Assembly (NCBI GenBank): GCA_963827275.1
Contig: CAWHAA010000005.1
Location: 544,001-608,000, forward strand
Length of the DNA stretch: 64,000 nt
Direction: 5' to 3'
Source: an uncultured Spirochaetota bacterium
Lineage (GTDB): Bacteria; Spirochaetota; UBA4802; UBA5550
Positions 21,149 to 31,796 of this stretch are shown piece after piece (within the stretch, counting starts at the first letter, position 1; each line of letters starts with the position of its first letter). The translations under genes and the position numbers were made by a program. A model generated the notes under the pieces. It did not search any database, was not told the origin of the DNA, and worked only from the letters and a program-made list of their open reading frames with translations.

Positions 21149-21288
21149 GCTATTAATGGCCTTTTCCCGTCCGCCGCGGTTTACAACCCATCGCATCAAA
21201 TTTCTTGACTAAAATCATTGAACCGTGTACAATTGCAGCCACGTTATATACAAATAGCATACTATCACATGGGGGCGTGCAAATAATC

Positions 21289-22131
21289 ATGAATAATATT
21301 CTGAAACCGCTGGAAGACAACAAGAACCTTCAACCGGGGACCATCATCCGCCGTGTCAGCCCGAGCAAGGACCAGCAGGGCTCATTTCTCAAATTCGACA
21401 AGGACTTCAACATGATCCTTGTCAACATTATCGATATGATGACGGGGTATCTTCTCGCAAACGAAGGTGTCTTGAAGAAGCAGAAAGACGACAAGCTCTA
21501 TTACTATCCATCGACCTTCACGGACAGCCCCGCCTATTCAAAGGCGATGAAAATCATAACCGCGTGGCCGCTCTATGCCGGCAACCCCGTGCTGCAGGAC
21601 AAGATAATCAAGTTCATAAGCATATCCTACGCGCCCGAGCAGATCGTCGAGATGGAGAAGACGGACTCACTCAACCTGCTCTTCGTGCCGGTGCAGCAGA
21701 AATTCCGGCTCGGCAGGTTCCCCGAGCGGCGGAGCCGCGACCGCGTGTGCAATGACGTCTTCATGCTCTGGCTTGAGTCGCTCGCCGACGGCGAACACAT
21801 CTCCTACCTCGCGCACATCGTCATCGTAAAAGACCAGCCTTCCCTGTTCTACTCGGCCGGCGACAAGGCACACGAAAAGACCGCCGCCCAGCTCCGGCAG
21901 GAAATCTACGCGTTCGATCCGACCCACGGCGGCCATATCAGGGCCTCCGGCATGAAGGGCGGCAAGAAGCACTTCATCGTCGATGCAGGCTCGAACTACC
22001 TGGGGCTCGGCGCCAAGACGCCAAAAAGCCACAGCGACTTTGTGTCCAAGGCGCTGAAAAAGATATACCCCGACTTCGAATTTACGTCAGAAGAAGGCCA
22101 CGGCGCACTGGGGGAAAAGAAGAAGCGCTGA
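21289..22131 (+). CDS. Hypothetical protein (280 aa), paralogue 1; C-terminal Janus/PHPT1-like region
   Basis: Colinear with the next gene (PGTIIRRV, KDQQGSFL, PTHGGHI, DAGSNYLG, KKIYPDFEF). Confidence 0.75.
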   Translation: MNNILKPLEDNKNLQPGTIIRRVSPSKDQQGSFLKFDKDFNMILVNIIDMMTGYLLANEGVLKKQKDDKLYYYPSTFTDSPAYSKAMKIITAWPLYAGNPVLQDKIIKFISISYAPEQIVEMEKTDSLNLLFVPVQQKFRLGRFPERRSRDRVCNDVFMLWLESLADGEHISYLAHIVIVKDQPSLFYSAGDKAHEKTAAQLRQEIYAFDPTHGGHIRASGMKGGKKHFIVDAGSNYLGLGAKTPKSHSDFVSKALKKIYPDFEFTSEEGHGALGEKKKR

Positions 22132-22199
22132 TGCGCGGCCGGGCAGCCGCCACCCGGCCGCCGGCCCGCGTACCGCGCCACAGAAGGAGAGGCCGCATC

Positions 22200-23042
22200 A
22201 TGGACGATCTGCTGAAGCCGCTGACCAAAAAGACCAGGCCGGCCCCCGGGACCATCATCCGCCGTGTCGGAAGCGGCAAGGACCAGCAGGGGAGCTTTCT
22301 TGAATTTGACGATGATGGAAACTATATCCTCGTCAATATCATCGACATGACCCAGGGTTCCCTCGCGGCGCTCGAAGGCGTTCTCAAGCCGCAAAAAGAC
22401 GACAGGCTATATTATTACGAAACGGGCTTCACAACCAGTCCCGCGGCCGACAGGGCGCTCACGCTCGTGCGGGAGTGGCCCCTGTATAAAAAAAGCCCCC
22501 GCCTCCGGCAGCAGATCGAGAACTTCGTGACCATCACCTTCGTGCCCGAGCAGATCATCGAGTGGGCGAAGAAGGACATGCTGTCGTTCCTGTTCGTGCC
22601 CATACAGGAGCGCTTCCGCATCGGCCGGTTCACCGAGCGCCGCAACCCGGAGCGGGTATGCAACGAGACCTTCATGCTCTGGCTCCAGTCGCTTTCCGCC
22701 GGCAACCATATCACCTACCTGGCGCTGATACTGCAGCAGAAGCACCACGTCCCCCGGTTCTACTCCATCGGCACCAAGCCGCACGAGGAGACGGCGAAGC
22801 TCCTCATGGACGAGGCCTTCAATTTCGCGCCGACGCACGGAGGCCACATCAAGGCCGCCGGCTTCATTGACGGGAAAAAGCACTTCCTCGTGGACGCCGG
22901 CTCGAACTACCTGGGGCGGGGAGTGAAGACGCCGCTCCACGTGAGCGAAGCGGTGGCCGCAGGCCTGAAAAAGGTGTACCCGGAATTCGAGTTCACTCCC
23001 AAAGAGGGCCGGGGCGCCTTCGGCACGGAGCAGAGCTACTGA
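22200..23042 (+). CDS. Hypothetical protein (280 aa), paralogue 2
   Basis: AGGAGAGG RBS; same motifs and same length as paralogue 1. Confidence 0.8.
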   Translation: MDDLLKPLTKKTRPAPGTIIRRVGSGKDQQGSFLEFDDDGNYILVNIIDMTQGSLAALEGVLKPQKDDRLYYYETGFTTSPAADRALTLVREWPLYKKSPRLRQQIENFVTITFVPEQIIEWAKKDMLSFLFVPIQERFRIGRFTERRNPERVCNETFMLWLQSLSAGNHITYLALILQQKHHVPRFYSIGTKPHEETAKLLMDEAFNFAPTHGGHIKAAGFIDGKKHFLVDAGSNYLGRGVKTPLHVSEAVAAGLKKVYPEFEFTPKEGRGAFGTEQSY

Positions 23043-23067
23043 GGCGGCAGGACCCCGGCGCGCCAGC

Positions 23068-23101
23068 AAAAAAGGGCGGCGGTTGATACCGTCGCCCTTT
23101 T
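23068..23101. terminator. Bidirectional terminator
   Basis: AAAAAAGGGCGGCGG-TTGATA-CCGTCGCCCTTTT between convergent genes. Confidence 0.75.
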
Positions 23102-23135
23102 GTCGTTTTGCTTATCCATCAATGATGCGTACGCA

Positions 23136-25962
23136 TCAATCGAACACGTCCGACCAGAGGTTCTTCAGCGCGCCGTTCGCGGCGTCGATCTGGAGCCAGG
23201 CGGCGGTATACGAGCTTCCCGAGCCTACGAGCTGCGGTACATCGACATCCCCCGCGCCGGTGGAGAGCACCGCGCCCTCCCACGCGCTCCCGTTGAAGGC
23301 GGACCCGTAGGCCATCTGCACGCCGTCGATGCCCCTCTGCCGCCACACAACGCCATACCCGGTCCCGTTGGAAGCGATCGAGTACTCGCCGCTGTTAACC
23401 GCGAGTATGGAGGCCTCAAGGCCCTCGGCGCCGAGCCATGATGAGGTGCCGCCGTCATACACATTGGCATACAGATCATAGGTGGAATAATCATTGACCG
23501 CGAAATACGCCACGGCATACCCGGTCCCGCTGGAAGCGACCCGCGGCTCGTATGAATCCGCGGCTTGCAGGTACTCGTCAAAATAGCTTACGGACAAGGC
23601 GTCGCCCCAGGTTGACCCGTCATAGATACGCGTCAGGACCTCGGAATTGGCCACGTATTCGTACCACGCGAGGCAGAAGCCGCCATTGCCGTCGCCCGCA
23701 ATCGCCGGGTTGTACGCGGTGCTTGGCTGATTCATGTCCTGCACCTCGATCCCGGACCACGATGAACCGTCGTGCACATTGACGTACACGTTTGACGACC
23801 TGGTAAACGCGACCGCGAACTGGTCGCCGCTCGCCGCCATCATGTACCTTTCCAGATTGTACATGTAGCCCGGATCAAGCTCCGCAGGGGACGACCATGC
23901 GCCAGCATAGACCACGCCCTGCGTGCGGGAATCCTGATTATAAATGACGCAATAGTTCGAGTCTCCGGCCAGGACGTTCACATTCTCCGGATTCCCGGTC
24001 CCGGTATCGATCCGGCCTGACGGCGTACCCCATCCGGACGAAGTGTGAAAATTCGAATGGAGGTAATTTGCCGAAACGCCATCATACTGGATCCATGCAA
24101 CGCAAAAGTCATTGGATGACGCGTTGCCCGCAACCCGGGGATTGGATGAAGAATGGTTGTCCACATCATTATCCAGAAGCGCCTCGCTGCCCCATGCGCC
24201 GCCGCCGTAGATCACACCCATGAGCTTGTTGCGATTCTTCGTCTGGTCATACGTGGTCCAGACCACGCACAGGGCAGTGCCGTTTGAGGCGGCGTCATAA
24301 CCGCTGACATAGGTGCCGATACACACCGGAGCGCCCCAGGTTGAGCCGCTTTTCACGCTGGCATAGAGCTTGTATTGGCCATAGTCGGCCTTGTCATACT
24401 GCTCCCACACGGCGATCGTCGCGGATCCCGCGCGATATACAATCGGTGAATTGTACGTATAGCACGCGCCATGCAGGTTTCCGCCCGCCACGTCAACCGC
24501 GCCGCCCCACGCGCCGCTGCGGAAGACATTCGCCATGAGACCGTTTCCCGCCTGCTGATAGTAGCTGTACGAGAACCCGAACCCCCCGGTAAAGGGATAG
24601 GCGTTCAGATAATTGTAGCCATGATACTCGGCGTCGATGAGTGCCATGGACGACCACGCCGCGCCGTCGTACACGCTCGACCCGATACGGCCCTCGCCTG
24701 ACACATATTCAGTCCAGTGGGCCAGATACCCTGTACTGTTTGCGCATATGTAGGGATAATATGAATGCTCGGTATTGAGCGGGTTCAGGAGCTCCGGCCC
24801 CTGCCAGGAGGCAGCATGCCGGTTAGCGTAGATCTTCGTCGATGTGCCGTCAGACTGCTGCCATACAGCACAGTAGCCGGTGCCGCTGGAAGCCACCCTG
24901 GGATACAAGGATTCATATGTCGCGTTGTCGATGGTTTCAGCGGTGCTCCAACCGAGAGTGTTAATATACGTTCTCGCGTAAATTGAATATTTTGAGCCGT
25001 CATACTCGTGCCAGACACAGCAGAGGGTCGTCCCGTTCGAGGCGATGCTCGGTAGCTGGGCCGTGCTGCCGCCGCTTAACAGGGACGCGCCCTCCCAGCC
25101 GGCATTGTATACGTTCGCGTAAACCTGGTGCGATGACACTTCGAACACGATGATATAGCGCGACGCGTTGCCGGCGACGCTGTAATTGTTCGGATATGCA
25201 GCCATTATCCACTGCCGTGCCCGTTGACCAGGACGATCCGGCATACACGCTGGAGAACAGCCGGTTTGGCGCGGCCTGCTCCTGCCAGGTCACGCAGTAG
25301 CCGCTGCCGTTCGATGCAATCTGGTAAGCACTTGGAGAATCACCGGTCGCGTCAAGCTGGGCCGGGTCGCTCCACGATGTTCCGGTAAAAACAGCCGCGT
25401 ACATGTTATAACGGTCGGTATCATACTGATACCATACCGCGCAATATCCGGAGCCGTTTGTGCCAACAATCGGGTCATTGCAGCCAGTGCCGTCCCCGGA
25501 TATTTTTACCACAGCCGCGAACGACCCACCGCTCCACTGCCTGGCGTACACTCTTCCGTTGTTGTTAAATATGACCAAAAACCCCGTACCGTTACTGGCC
25601 GCCCTGAAGCCATTGGCATATTCGATGAATTCCCGGGGCGCGGACCATGCCCCTGTCGCGGGATCATACAGGGCATACACCACATGATTCAGATAACCGG
25701 AATTGGAAGACCAGACCGCCAATCCATATCCCGCATTGTTGAACGCAACACTATACGAGGAATAAGAATTTCGGGCTTCAGTGATGCCATTGAGCACCAC
25801 CGCGGTGGCTGACACTTCGCCGCTACCGGGGACTCCGCTGCCGCCCCCTCCGCCGGGAAGAGGCAGATATGACGTTTTCGATTTTTGCTGGCATGAGACA
25901 ACAGCAAGAGACAGACAGACAACCAGTAATGCGGAAAAGCAGGATTTCGCGAATACTTTCAT
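23136..25962 (-). CDS. Large surface lipoprotein with repeated beta-propeller-like modules (one frameshift near 25205)
   Basis: Lipobox VVSC, Gly linker, many repeats of (I/V)ASNG(T/S)GY..VW.Q...Y.G..W across two overlapping ORFs. Confidence 0.75.
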
Positions 25963-26230
25963 TACAACACCCCATTTTATTTTTCTACGACATATGGAAG
26001 GGACGGCGTGAATGAAATCGAGACAGGACGAGGCCCACTGATTCCATAGCGCCGAGCCATCTGCCGCACGGTTTATTATGTCATATCAGACGTAATTTTG
26101 CAAACAAAATATATTGTAGAGAGCATGCCGCTGAATTTTTTAAAGGATGGGGTCTGTGTTGGATGTTATGCTGATTTCCGACACAAAATTTGATTCTGTC
26201 AGAAGAAAGCGGGGGTTGACGGTGTTGCGC

Positions 26231-26393
26231 ACCGATAACTATCGGGGTGATACCGTTACCCTGATCTGTGTGTTTACTCTGACCCCGTGTGATTACCGAT
26301 AACTATCTGTTAAAAGTTGCTCTGACACTTGGTTTGACCGATAACTATCGGCCAGCCGTTTACTCTGACCCCCGGGAATACCGATAACTATCG
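26231..26393 (-). repeat. REP-like cluster
   Basis: Four CCGATAACTATC(GG) palindrome cores and three (TTA/TG)CTCTGAC(C/A)C copies. Confidence 0.88.
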
Positions 26394-26402
26394 CCACCTA
26401 TC

Positions 26403-27731
26403 TCATTCCGGCGATCTCGGCAGCTCATCCGCAGTCTGGATTCCGGCGACAACCTCCGGAATGATCCCCATTTCCCGGTATATCGGCCGCACGATCTTCC
26501 TGAAAGAGGGGAGCCGCGCCGCAAACACGATGCCCGCCAGGACGCAGATGGCCCCGCCGATGCGCACCGTGTAGGGCGCCCCGATGGCGGAGGAGACGCT
26601 GCCCGCAAGGAGGCTCCCGAGCGGCGCGGTCCCCATGACCGCCATCACGTACAAGCTCATTACCCTGCCCCGCTTGTCCTCATCGACCAGGGTCTGCACC
26701 ATGGTGTTGCACGATGCCATGGCGGCGATCATGCCGAAGCCCACCACCACCAGTATCCCGATGGAAAGAAGCGCCAGGCGTGAGAAGGAAAACGCGAACA
26801 GTCCCGCGCCGAATATCACCAGCGCCGCGCTGATGACGCGCCCCAGGCCGAGCACGTTTTTCCGCATGGCCAGGAAGGCCACACCCGAAAGCGCGCCTGC
26901 CCCGGTCGCGGCGACCAGGAAGCCGTAGGTGTACGATCCGCCGCCGAGTATGCGGCCGGCGAAAATCGGCAGAAGCACCGGGAACGACATCGCGACGAGG
27001 CTGATGGTGGCGACGGTGAAGATCAGGTCGCGTATGGGACGGAAGCCGAAGGCATAGGCAAGCCCTTCCTTCAACTCGGAGAAGATCCCCGGTCCCGGCG
27101 TCCCGGGCCGCCGCGGCGTGATGTTCATCATCATGAGGGCGGCAAGCACCGCCAGATAACTCGCGCCGTTCAGCGCGAAGCAGACCCCCTCGCCTGCCAG
27201 GGCGACCACGACGCCGGCGATTGCCGGGCCGATCAGGCGCGAGCCGTTGAAGATGCCGGAGTTCAGCGCAATTGCGTTGCCGAGGTCGGCCCTGTTTCCG
27301 ATCAGCTGTATGACGAAAGCCTGGCGCGTGGGCATCTCGACGGCGTTGGCTATGCCGAGGATGGCCGCGAGTGCCGCTATATGCCATACCTGGATGGCGC
27401 CGCCCAGGGTCAGCCCGGCCAGCGTGAACGCCTGCGCCATCGCCAGCACCTGCACCGCGATAAGCATCCTTCTGCGCTCAAGCCGGTCCCCCAGGACGCC
27501 GGCGAAGGGCGAGATGATGAGGATGGGAAGCTGCCCGGCGAAGGCGACCAGGCCCAGGACGAGCTCGGACTGGGTCAGGCGAAACACGAGCCAGCTCACG
27601 GCGACCGACTGCATCCAGGTCCCTGAAAGGGAAAGGCCCTGGCCGATGAAAAAGAGGCGGAAGTTCCGATAGCGAAGGGCGCGGAAGGCGCGCATGGGGC
27701 CATGTTGTTTTTCCGGGGTGCCGGCGGGCAT
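26403..27731 (-). CDS. MFS transporter (DUF894/MFS_3-like)
   Basis: RNFRLFF.GQ..S..GTWMQ, GVLGDRLERR, RGRVMS; about 12 TM segments. Confidence 0.9.
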   Translation of the reverse strand: MPAGTPEKQHGPMRAFRALRYRNFRLFFIGQGLSLSGTWMQSVAVSWLVFRLTQSELVLGLVAFAGQLPILIISPFAGVLGDRLERRRMLIAVQVLAMAQAFTLAGLTLGGAIQVWHIAALAAILGIANAVEMPTRQAFVIQLIGNRADLGNAIALNSGIFNGSRLIGPAIAGVVVALAGEGVCFALNGASYLAVLAALMMMNITPRRPGTPGPGIFSELKEGLAYAFGFRPIRDLIFTVATISLVAMSFPVLLPIFAGRILGGGSYTYGFLVAATGAGALSGVAFLAMRKNVLGLGRVISAALVIFGAGLFAFSFSRLALLSIGILVVVGFGMIAAMASCNTMVQTLVDEDKRGRVMSLYVMAVMGTAPLGSLLAGSVSSAIGAPYTVRIGGAICVLAGIVFAARLPSFRKIVRPIYREMGIIPEVVAGIQTADELPRSPE

Positions 27732-27914
27732 TGAATGTTCCCTCACTGTTCCATGATGCGGGTAGCTACCCGAACAATACAGAGACCACACCCGCCGGCA
27801 AGGTCAAGAGTTATTTATGGTGACGCCGCCCGGACCGACCGGTGTCACGCTATAGAAAAAAAATGATTCACAGACCGGAAAAAGCCGTATCCACCTTGAC
27901 GATCGCAGGCCGGG

Positions 27915-28763
27915 ATGATAGGTATATCCTCGCACTATCGTACTGCGGATTGCGCTCTCATCGGCGCTTTTCAAAATAAGGGGACCGGGCAATCGGACAA
28001 CGAGATGGCCGAGGCATACGACAACATATCAGCCCTTCAGTTCAGCATAAAGGCGAACTGGGCGCCGTTTTACATCAACGGCAAGCTGATTGCCGGGCGC
28101 ATCATCCCCCTGCACAGGATGGCCGAGCGCGTATTCAACTCCATCGACGACCGCGGGCAGCAGGCGCTCCAGGAATTTTATTTCAGCAGGTACGGGATCC
28201 ACTGCGAGCCGGAGGACCATCGCCTTGGCGCGGTCGATTTTTTAAAAAAGAACCATTTCGTTTCCCATGCAATGATCATAACGTACGGCACGACCCTGAT
28301 GCTGCTCGGCTACAACATATTCAATTACCGGTTTACCCTCACCAACCCCCGGTCCGGGATCTATATCGATTATTTCGTCTCGCTGCGGCTCAACTACCCG
28401 GGCGATGCGAGGATGCAGTACCTCGGCGGGTATGGCCCGGACGAGACATTTTACCGGGTCAGGGGAGTGGGCCGCGCAACCATCGCCCAGGCGTGCTGCT
28501 ACGCCATCGACATGCACCCGGACGCGAAGCCGGACGAGGTCGCGGTGGACCTCACTGCGCGTACGGACGAAAAGCTGATCAACGATTTTTACCTGAAGGA
28601 ATATGGCTTCGAATTACACAAGGGCAAGCGTGGAAAGGACCACGACATGTTCTTAACCTTCAGGAAGGCGAGGAAATTCTTCGCGGACTATGAAAAAGCC
28701 TACCGGCAGCTGGAACGGCCCGAAGGCAACGGGCTCACCTACAAGGACCCGTTCAAGTACTGA
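27915..28763 (+). CDS. Hypothetical protein with a GNAT-like C-terminal domain
   Basis: RVRGVGR acetyl-CoA-binding-like motif and FY...YGF. Confidence 0.55.
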   Translation: MIGISSHYRTADCALIGAFQNKGTGQSDNEMAEAYDNISALQFSIKANWAPFYINGKLIAGRIIPLHRMAERVFNSIDDRGQQALQEFYFSRYGIHCEPEDHRLGAVDFLKKNHFVSHAMIITYGTTLMLLGYNIFNYRFTLTNPRSGIYIDYFVSLRLNYPGDARMQYLGGYGPDETFYRVRGVGRATIAQACCYAIDMHPDAKPDEVAVDLTARTDEKLINDFYLKEYGFELHKGKRGKDHDMFLTFRKARKFFADYEKAYRQLERPEGNGLTYKDPFKY

Positions 28764-28796
28764 AATCCTGACGGCCATGCACCGTCAACGCCGGGA

Positions 28797-30344
28797 TCAA
28801 TTATTCCCGCCCAGCATCCTGTTCAATTCTTCCGCAGTTTGTACCAGCCCGTTCGCGGAGCCTGACAGCTCCTCCGACCCCGAGGCCAGGTGCTGGGTTG
28901 ACTCATTGATTATCGACAGCGACCTTGTAATTTCGTTGATGGCGATCTTCAGCTCCTCCATGGACATCTTCAGCTCGTTTGACCCGTTGAGGACATGCTC
29001 GGCATTTTGCTGCACACCCCTGTTCAATTCCAGGTCCTTCATTGACAGGGCGTGTACCTCGCCGATAAGGGCGCCGAACCGCTCCACGATATCCGCGATG
29101 CCCTTTGATGTATTCACCACGTTGACAAGCGCATCGCTCGTCACCTTGAGCTCGCCGTTTGTTTCCCCCACGAGCTTCGTGATCTCCTTTGCATTGACCT
29201 GCGTCTTCTCCGCAAGCTTGCCGATCTCCTCGGCAACCACGGCAAACCCCTTGCCATACTCCCCGGCCCGCGCGGCCTCGATCGAGGCGTTGAGGGAAAG
29301 AAGGTTGATCTGGTCGGAAATATCATTAATAAGGCTCGTGGCCTCGAACACCTTCCCGCTTGATGCAAGGGCATTCCCCATCGAATTCCTGCATTTCTCC
29401 ACTTCGTTTTCAGAATCACCGATGCGGACATTGAGCTCGTCCTTGATGCGCATCGCCACGTCCACCTTCCCGGCGCTTTCACTCACCAGGCCGAACATGA
29501 CCTTGAGGTTATCAATGAATTCGCCGGTCCTCTGCTGCTGCTGCTGCGCCATGGCGGATGAAGACTCGGCGCTTGCGGCAATCTCCTCAACGGATGAGGT
29601 GATCTCCTCGATGCTCGAGGCCTGCGACTGTGCGTCGTCGGTAAACGTCGCCGCGCCACCGAAGATGTCCCCTGACACGAACTTCAGCTGGGACGAGACG
29701 CTCGCGCAGGTCGTGACCATGCCGTTTATCCTGTCGAGCTGCTCCCTGATCGCGGTGTTTTTCTTCTCCATTTCATTGATGTTCGCCCTGACGATCGTCA
29801 GAAAAAGAAAGCAGTTGGCGGAGATGAAAAGGGCGACAATGGAAAAATTAATGATTGTCGATCCGTACTTGTCCCCGGGAATGAGGTCACCGGACGTCAG
29901 GACGACTGATGCGCCCGCCGCTATAACGAGGGCGGTGCCGACAAGCAGGGATATCTTGTCGCCGAACAGCGTTATCATGACAATAAACATGACGATATAC
30001 AGGAGATAGATGAATTTCCCCGTGCCCGTCGGCACCCGGAAGGCCTGGAGCACGACAAGCGCGAAAGCGACCCCCACGCCGAAATTCGACGCCAGTTTAT
30101 AGAGCCCCTTTTTCAGTATGAGCAGGGCGAGGAAGAGGGAGACCGCTATAGCTCCCATTGTCAGATTGTACACGAGACCGGCGGCATGGGGCGTCACTAT
30201 ATTCGTTATGGTGGCGGCGATAACGATGAGACAGAGGGCCGAAATTTCAAACCACATGAAAACTTTCGCTTTCTGCTGTGCCAAAAATGAGCTGGCCGAA
30301 TACGCATCAAGAAAATAACTGTTAAACCTACTCCATCTACCCAT
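28797..30344 (-). CDS. Methyl-accepting chemotaxis protein with a multi-TM sensor
   Basis: [30 protein letters not shown]. Confidence 0.92.
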   Translation of the reverse strand: MGRWSRFNSYFLDAYSASSFLAQQKAKVFMWFEISALCLIVIAATITNIVTPHAAGLVYNLTMGAIAVSLFLALLILKKGLYKLASNFGVGVAFALVVLQAFRVPTGTGKFIYLLYIVMFIVMITLFGDKISLLVGTALVIAAGASVVLTSGDLIPGDKYGSTIINFSIVALFISANCFLFLTIVRANINEMEKKNTAIREQLDRINGMVTTCASVSSQLKFVSGDIFGGAATFTDDAQSQASSIEEITSSVEEIAASAESSSAMAQQQQQRTGEFIDNLKVMFGLVSESAGKVDVAMRIKDELNVRIGDSENEVEKCRNSMGNALASSGKVFEATSLINDISDQINLLSLNASIEAARAGEYGKGFAVVAEEIGKLAEKTQVNAKEITKLVGETNGELKVTSDALVNVVNTSKGIADIVERFGALIGEVHALSMKDLELNRGVQQNAEHVLNGSNELKMSMEELKIAINEITRSLSIINESTQHLASGSEELSGSANGLVQTAEELNRMLGGNN

Positions 30345-30692
30345 TGCAATACCTGCCTGTAATAATAATCTACCGGCCAGAAAATCTGTATTACCAGAAT
30401 GAAAGAGCAAACAAGAGAGTATCGCCCGCTCGGGAACCGTTCAGCATATGCATGCAGGCTGTTGAACAGGCGCAGAAATCGGGGCAGGCGCCTGACACAT
30501 ACCATGTGCGTTCCCTTGCTGCTTATAAGATAATCACAGTTATACGGGAATCAAGAAAATTTTATTGCATCGCGCAATATTTCCATCATACCGGCAGATC
30601 ATGCATGGCAATTTTTCGCTGGACTTTTCATTCCGGGCCGTTCTATAACGATTACATGGCCCCTGGCCGAAATGAGCAGTGGAGCGACCGCA

Positions 30693-31169
30693 ATGGAAAA
30701 AATGGCATTTCAAGACTATTACCCTGACATCTTCAGCCACTGCTACGGCTGCGGACGCCTGAATGAACATGGGCTGAAAATAAAGAGCTACCCGGACAAC
30801 GATGAAAGCGTCTGCACCGTGCAGCCGGCGCCCTACCATGAGGGGATGAAGGGCTTTGTCTATGGAGGTTTCATTGCGTCCGTCATAGATTGCCACAGCA
30901 CGGCAACCGCCGCTGCCGCCGCGTTTCGGCGCGAAGGGCGCGGCATGGACACGGCGCCTCCCATCCGGTTCGTGACCGCGTCACTCCACGTGGACTACCT
31001 GAAGCCGACGCCCATCGAGGGGCCTGCCGAGCTTCGCTCCCGCGTGAAGGAGATGCACGGGCGCAAGGCGGTGATCGAGACCGACCTCTCCGTCAACGGC
31101 GTGCTGTGCGCAAAGGGGACCGTCGTGGCGGTAAAGGTCCCCGCATCGATGATGCCGGGGGACGAGTAG
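30693..31169 (+). CDS. PaaI/hotdog-fold thioesterase
   Basis: CYGCG..N..GL, YGGFIASVIDCH, VTASLHVDYLKPTP. Confidence 0.88.
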   Translation: MEKMAFQDYYPDIFSHCYGCGRLNEHGLKIKSYPDNDESVCTVQPAPYHEGMKGFVYGGFIASVIDCHSTATAAAAAFRREGRGMDTAPPIRFVTASLHVDYLKPTPIEGPAELRSRVKEMHGRKAVIETDLSVNGVLCAKGTVVAVKVPASMMPGDE

Positions 31170-31176
31170 CGCAATT

Positions 31177-31539
31177 TCACAGCTCGGTATATTTTTTACT
31201 GCTATTGAAGCTCTTTTCGACCGGGTATTTCTTGTCGTTCACCAGGAGCTTGTCCCGGACCGCACCGGACAGGTCGATGCCGGCGGCCTCTGACAGATAG
31301 AGCAGAAACACGAACACGTCAGCGCACTCTTCCTCTATCCGTTTCCGGTCCTTTTGCGAGGAGAGCATCGCGTCGATCTCGCCGGGCGTCTTCCAGAGAA
31401 AAAGCTCCTGCAGCTCGGCCGCTTCCACCGAAAGGCCCATCGACAGGTTCTTGATGTCATGGAACTGCTTCCAGTTGCGCCGGTCCCTGAATTCGATGAC
31501 GGCATGCATCAGCTGCTCGATGGTTGTGGTGGTATCCAT
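31177..31539 (-). CDS. MazG-like nucleotide pyrophosphohydrolase
   Basis: RNWKQFH..KNL, EAAELQE, EECADV, N.KKYP. Confidence 0.9.
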   Translation of the reverse strand: MDTTTTIEQLMHAVIEFRDRRNWKQFHDIKNLSMGLSVEAAELQELFLWKTPGEIDAMLSSQKDRKRIEEECADVFVFLLYLSEAAGIDLSGAVRDKLLVNDKKYPVEKSFNSSKKYTEL

Positions 31540-31796
31540 ATGCAGTCCCTGCCCTATCATAAAGAATGCCGATTGTATAGAATACTTTACGTCCAATCGT
31601 CAAGACATTAATGCATCTGATGTTATCGATCCATCTCACCCCTGCGGAGGACGGGATGCGCGATAGCGGCTATCGCTATGCTCGCAATAACAAAAAATAT
31701 ACGCCGTGTCTATTGCAACATCCACCCAGAAGGCTTGACATAAATCGATCAATAATGCCATTGTAATCAACAGGCAGATAGCCCCCGGAGGCCCCC

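Noticed and set aside
28690..30009. Long antisense ORFs (also 2895-3710, 36769-37884, 48890-49489 and many others)
   Set aside because: Shadow ORFs opposite clear genes, expected with GC-rich codon bias.
30345..30690. c-di-GMP riboswitch upstream of the MCP gene
   Set aside because: No recognisable GEMM consensus on either strand.
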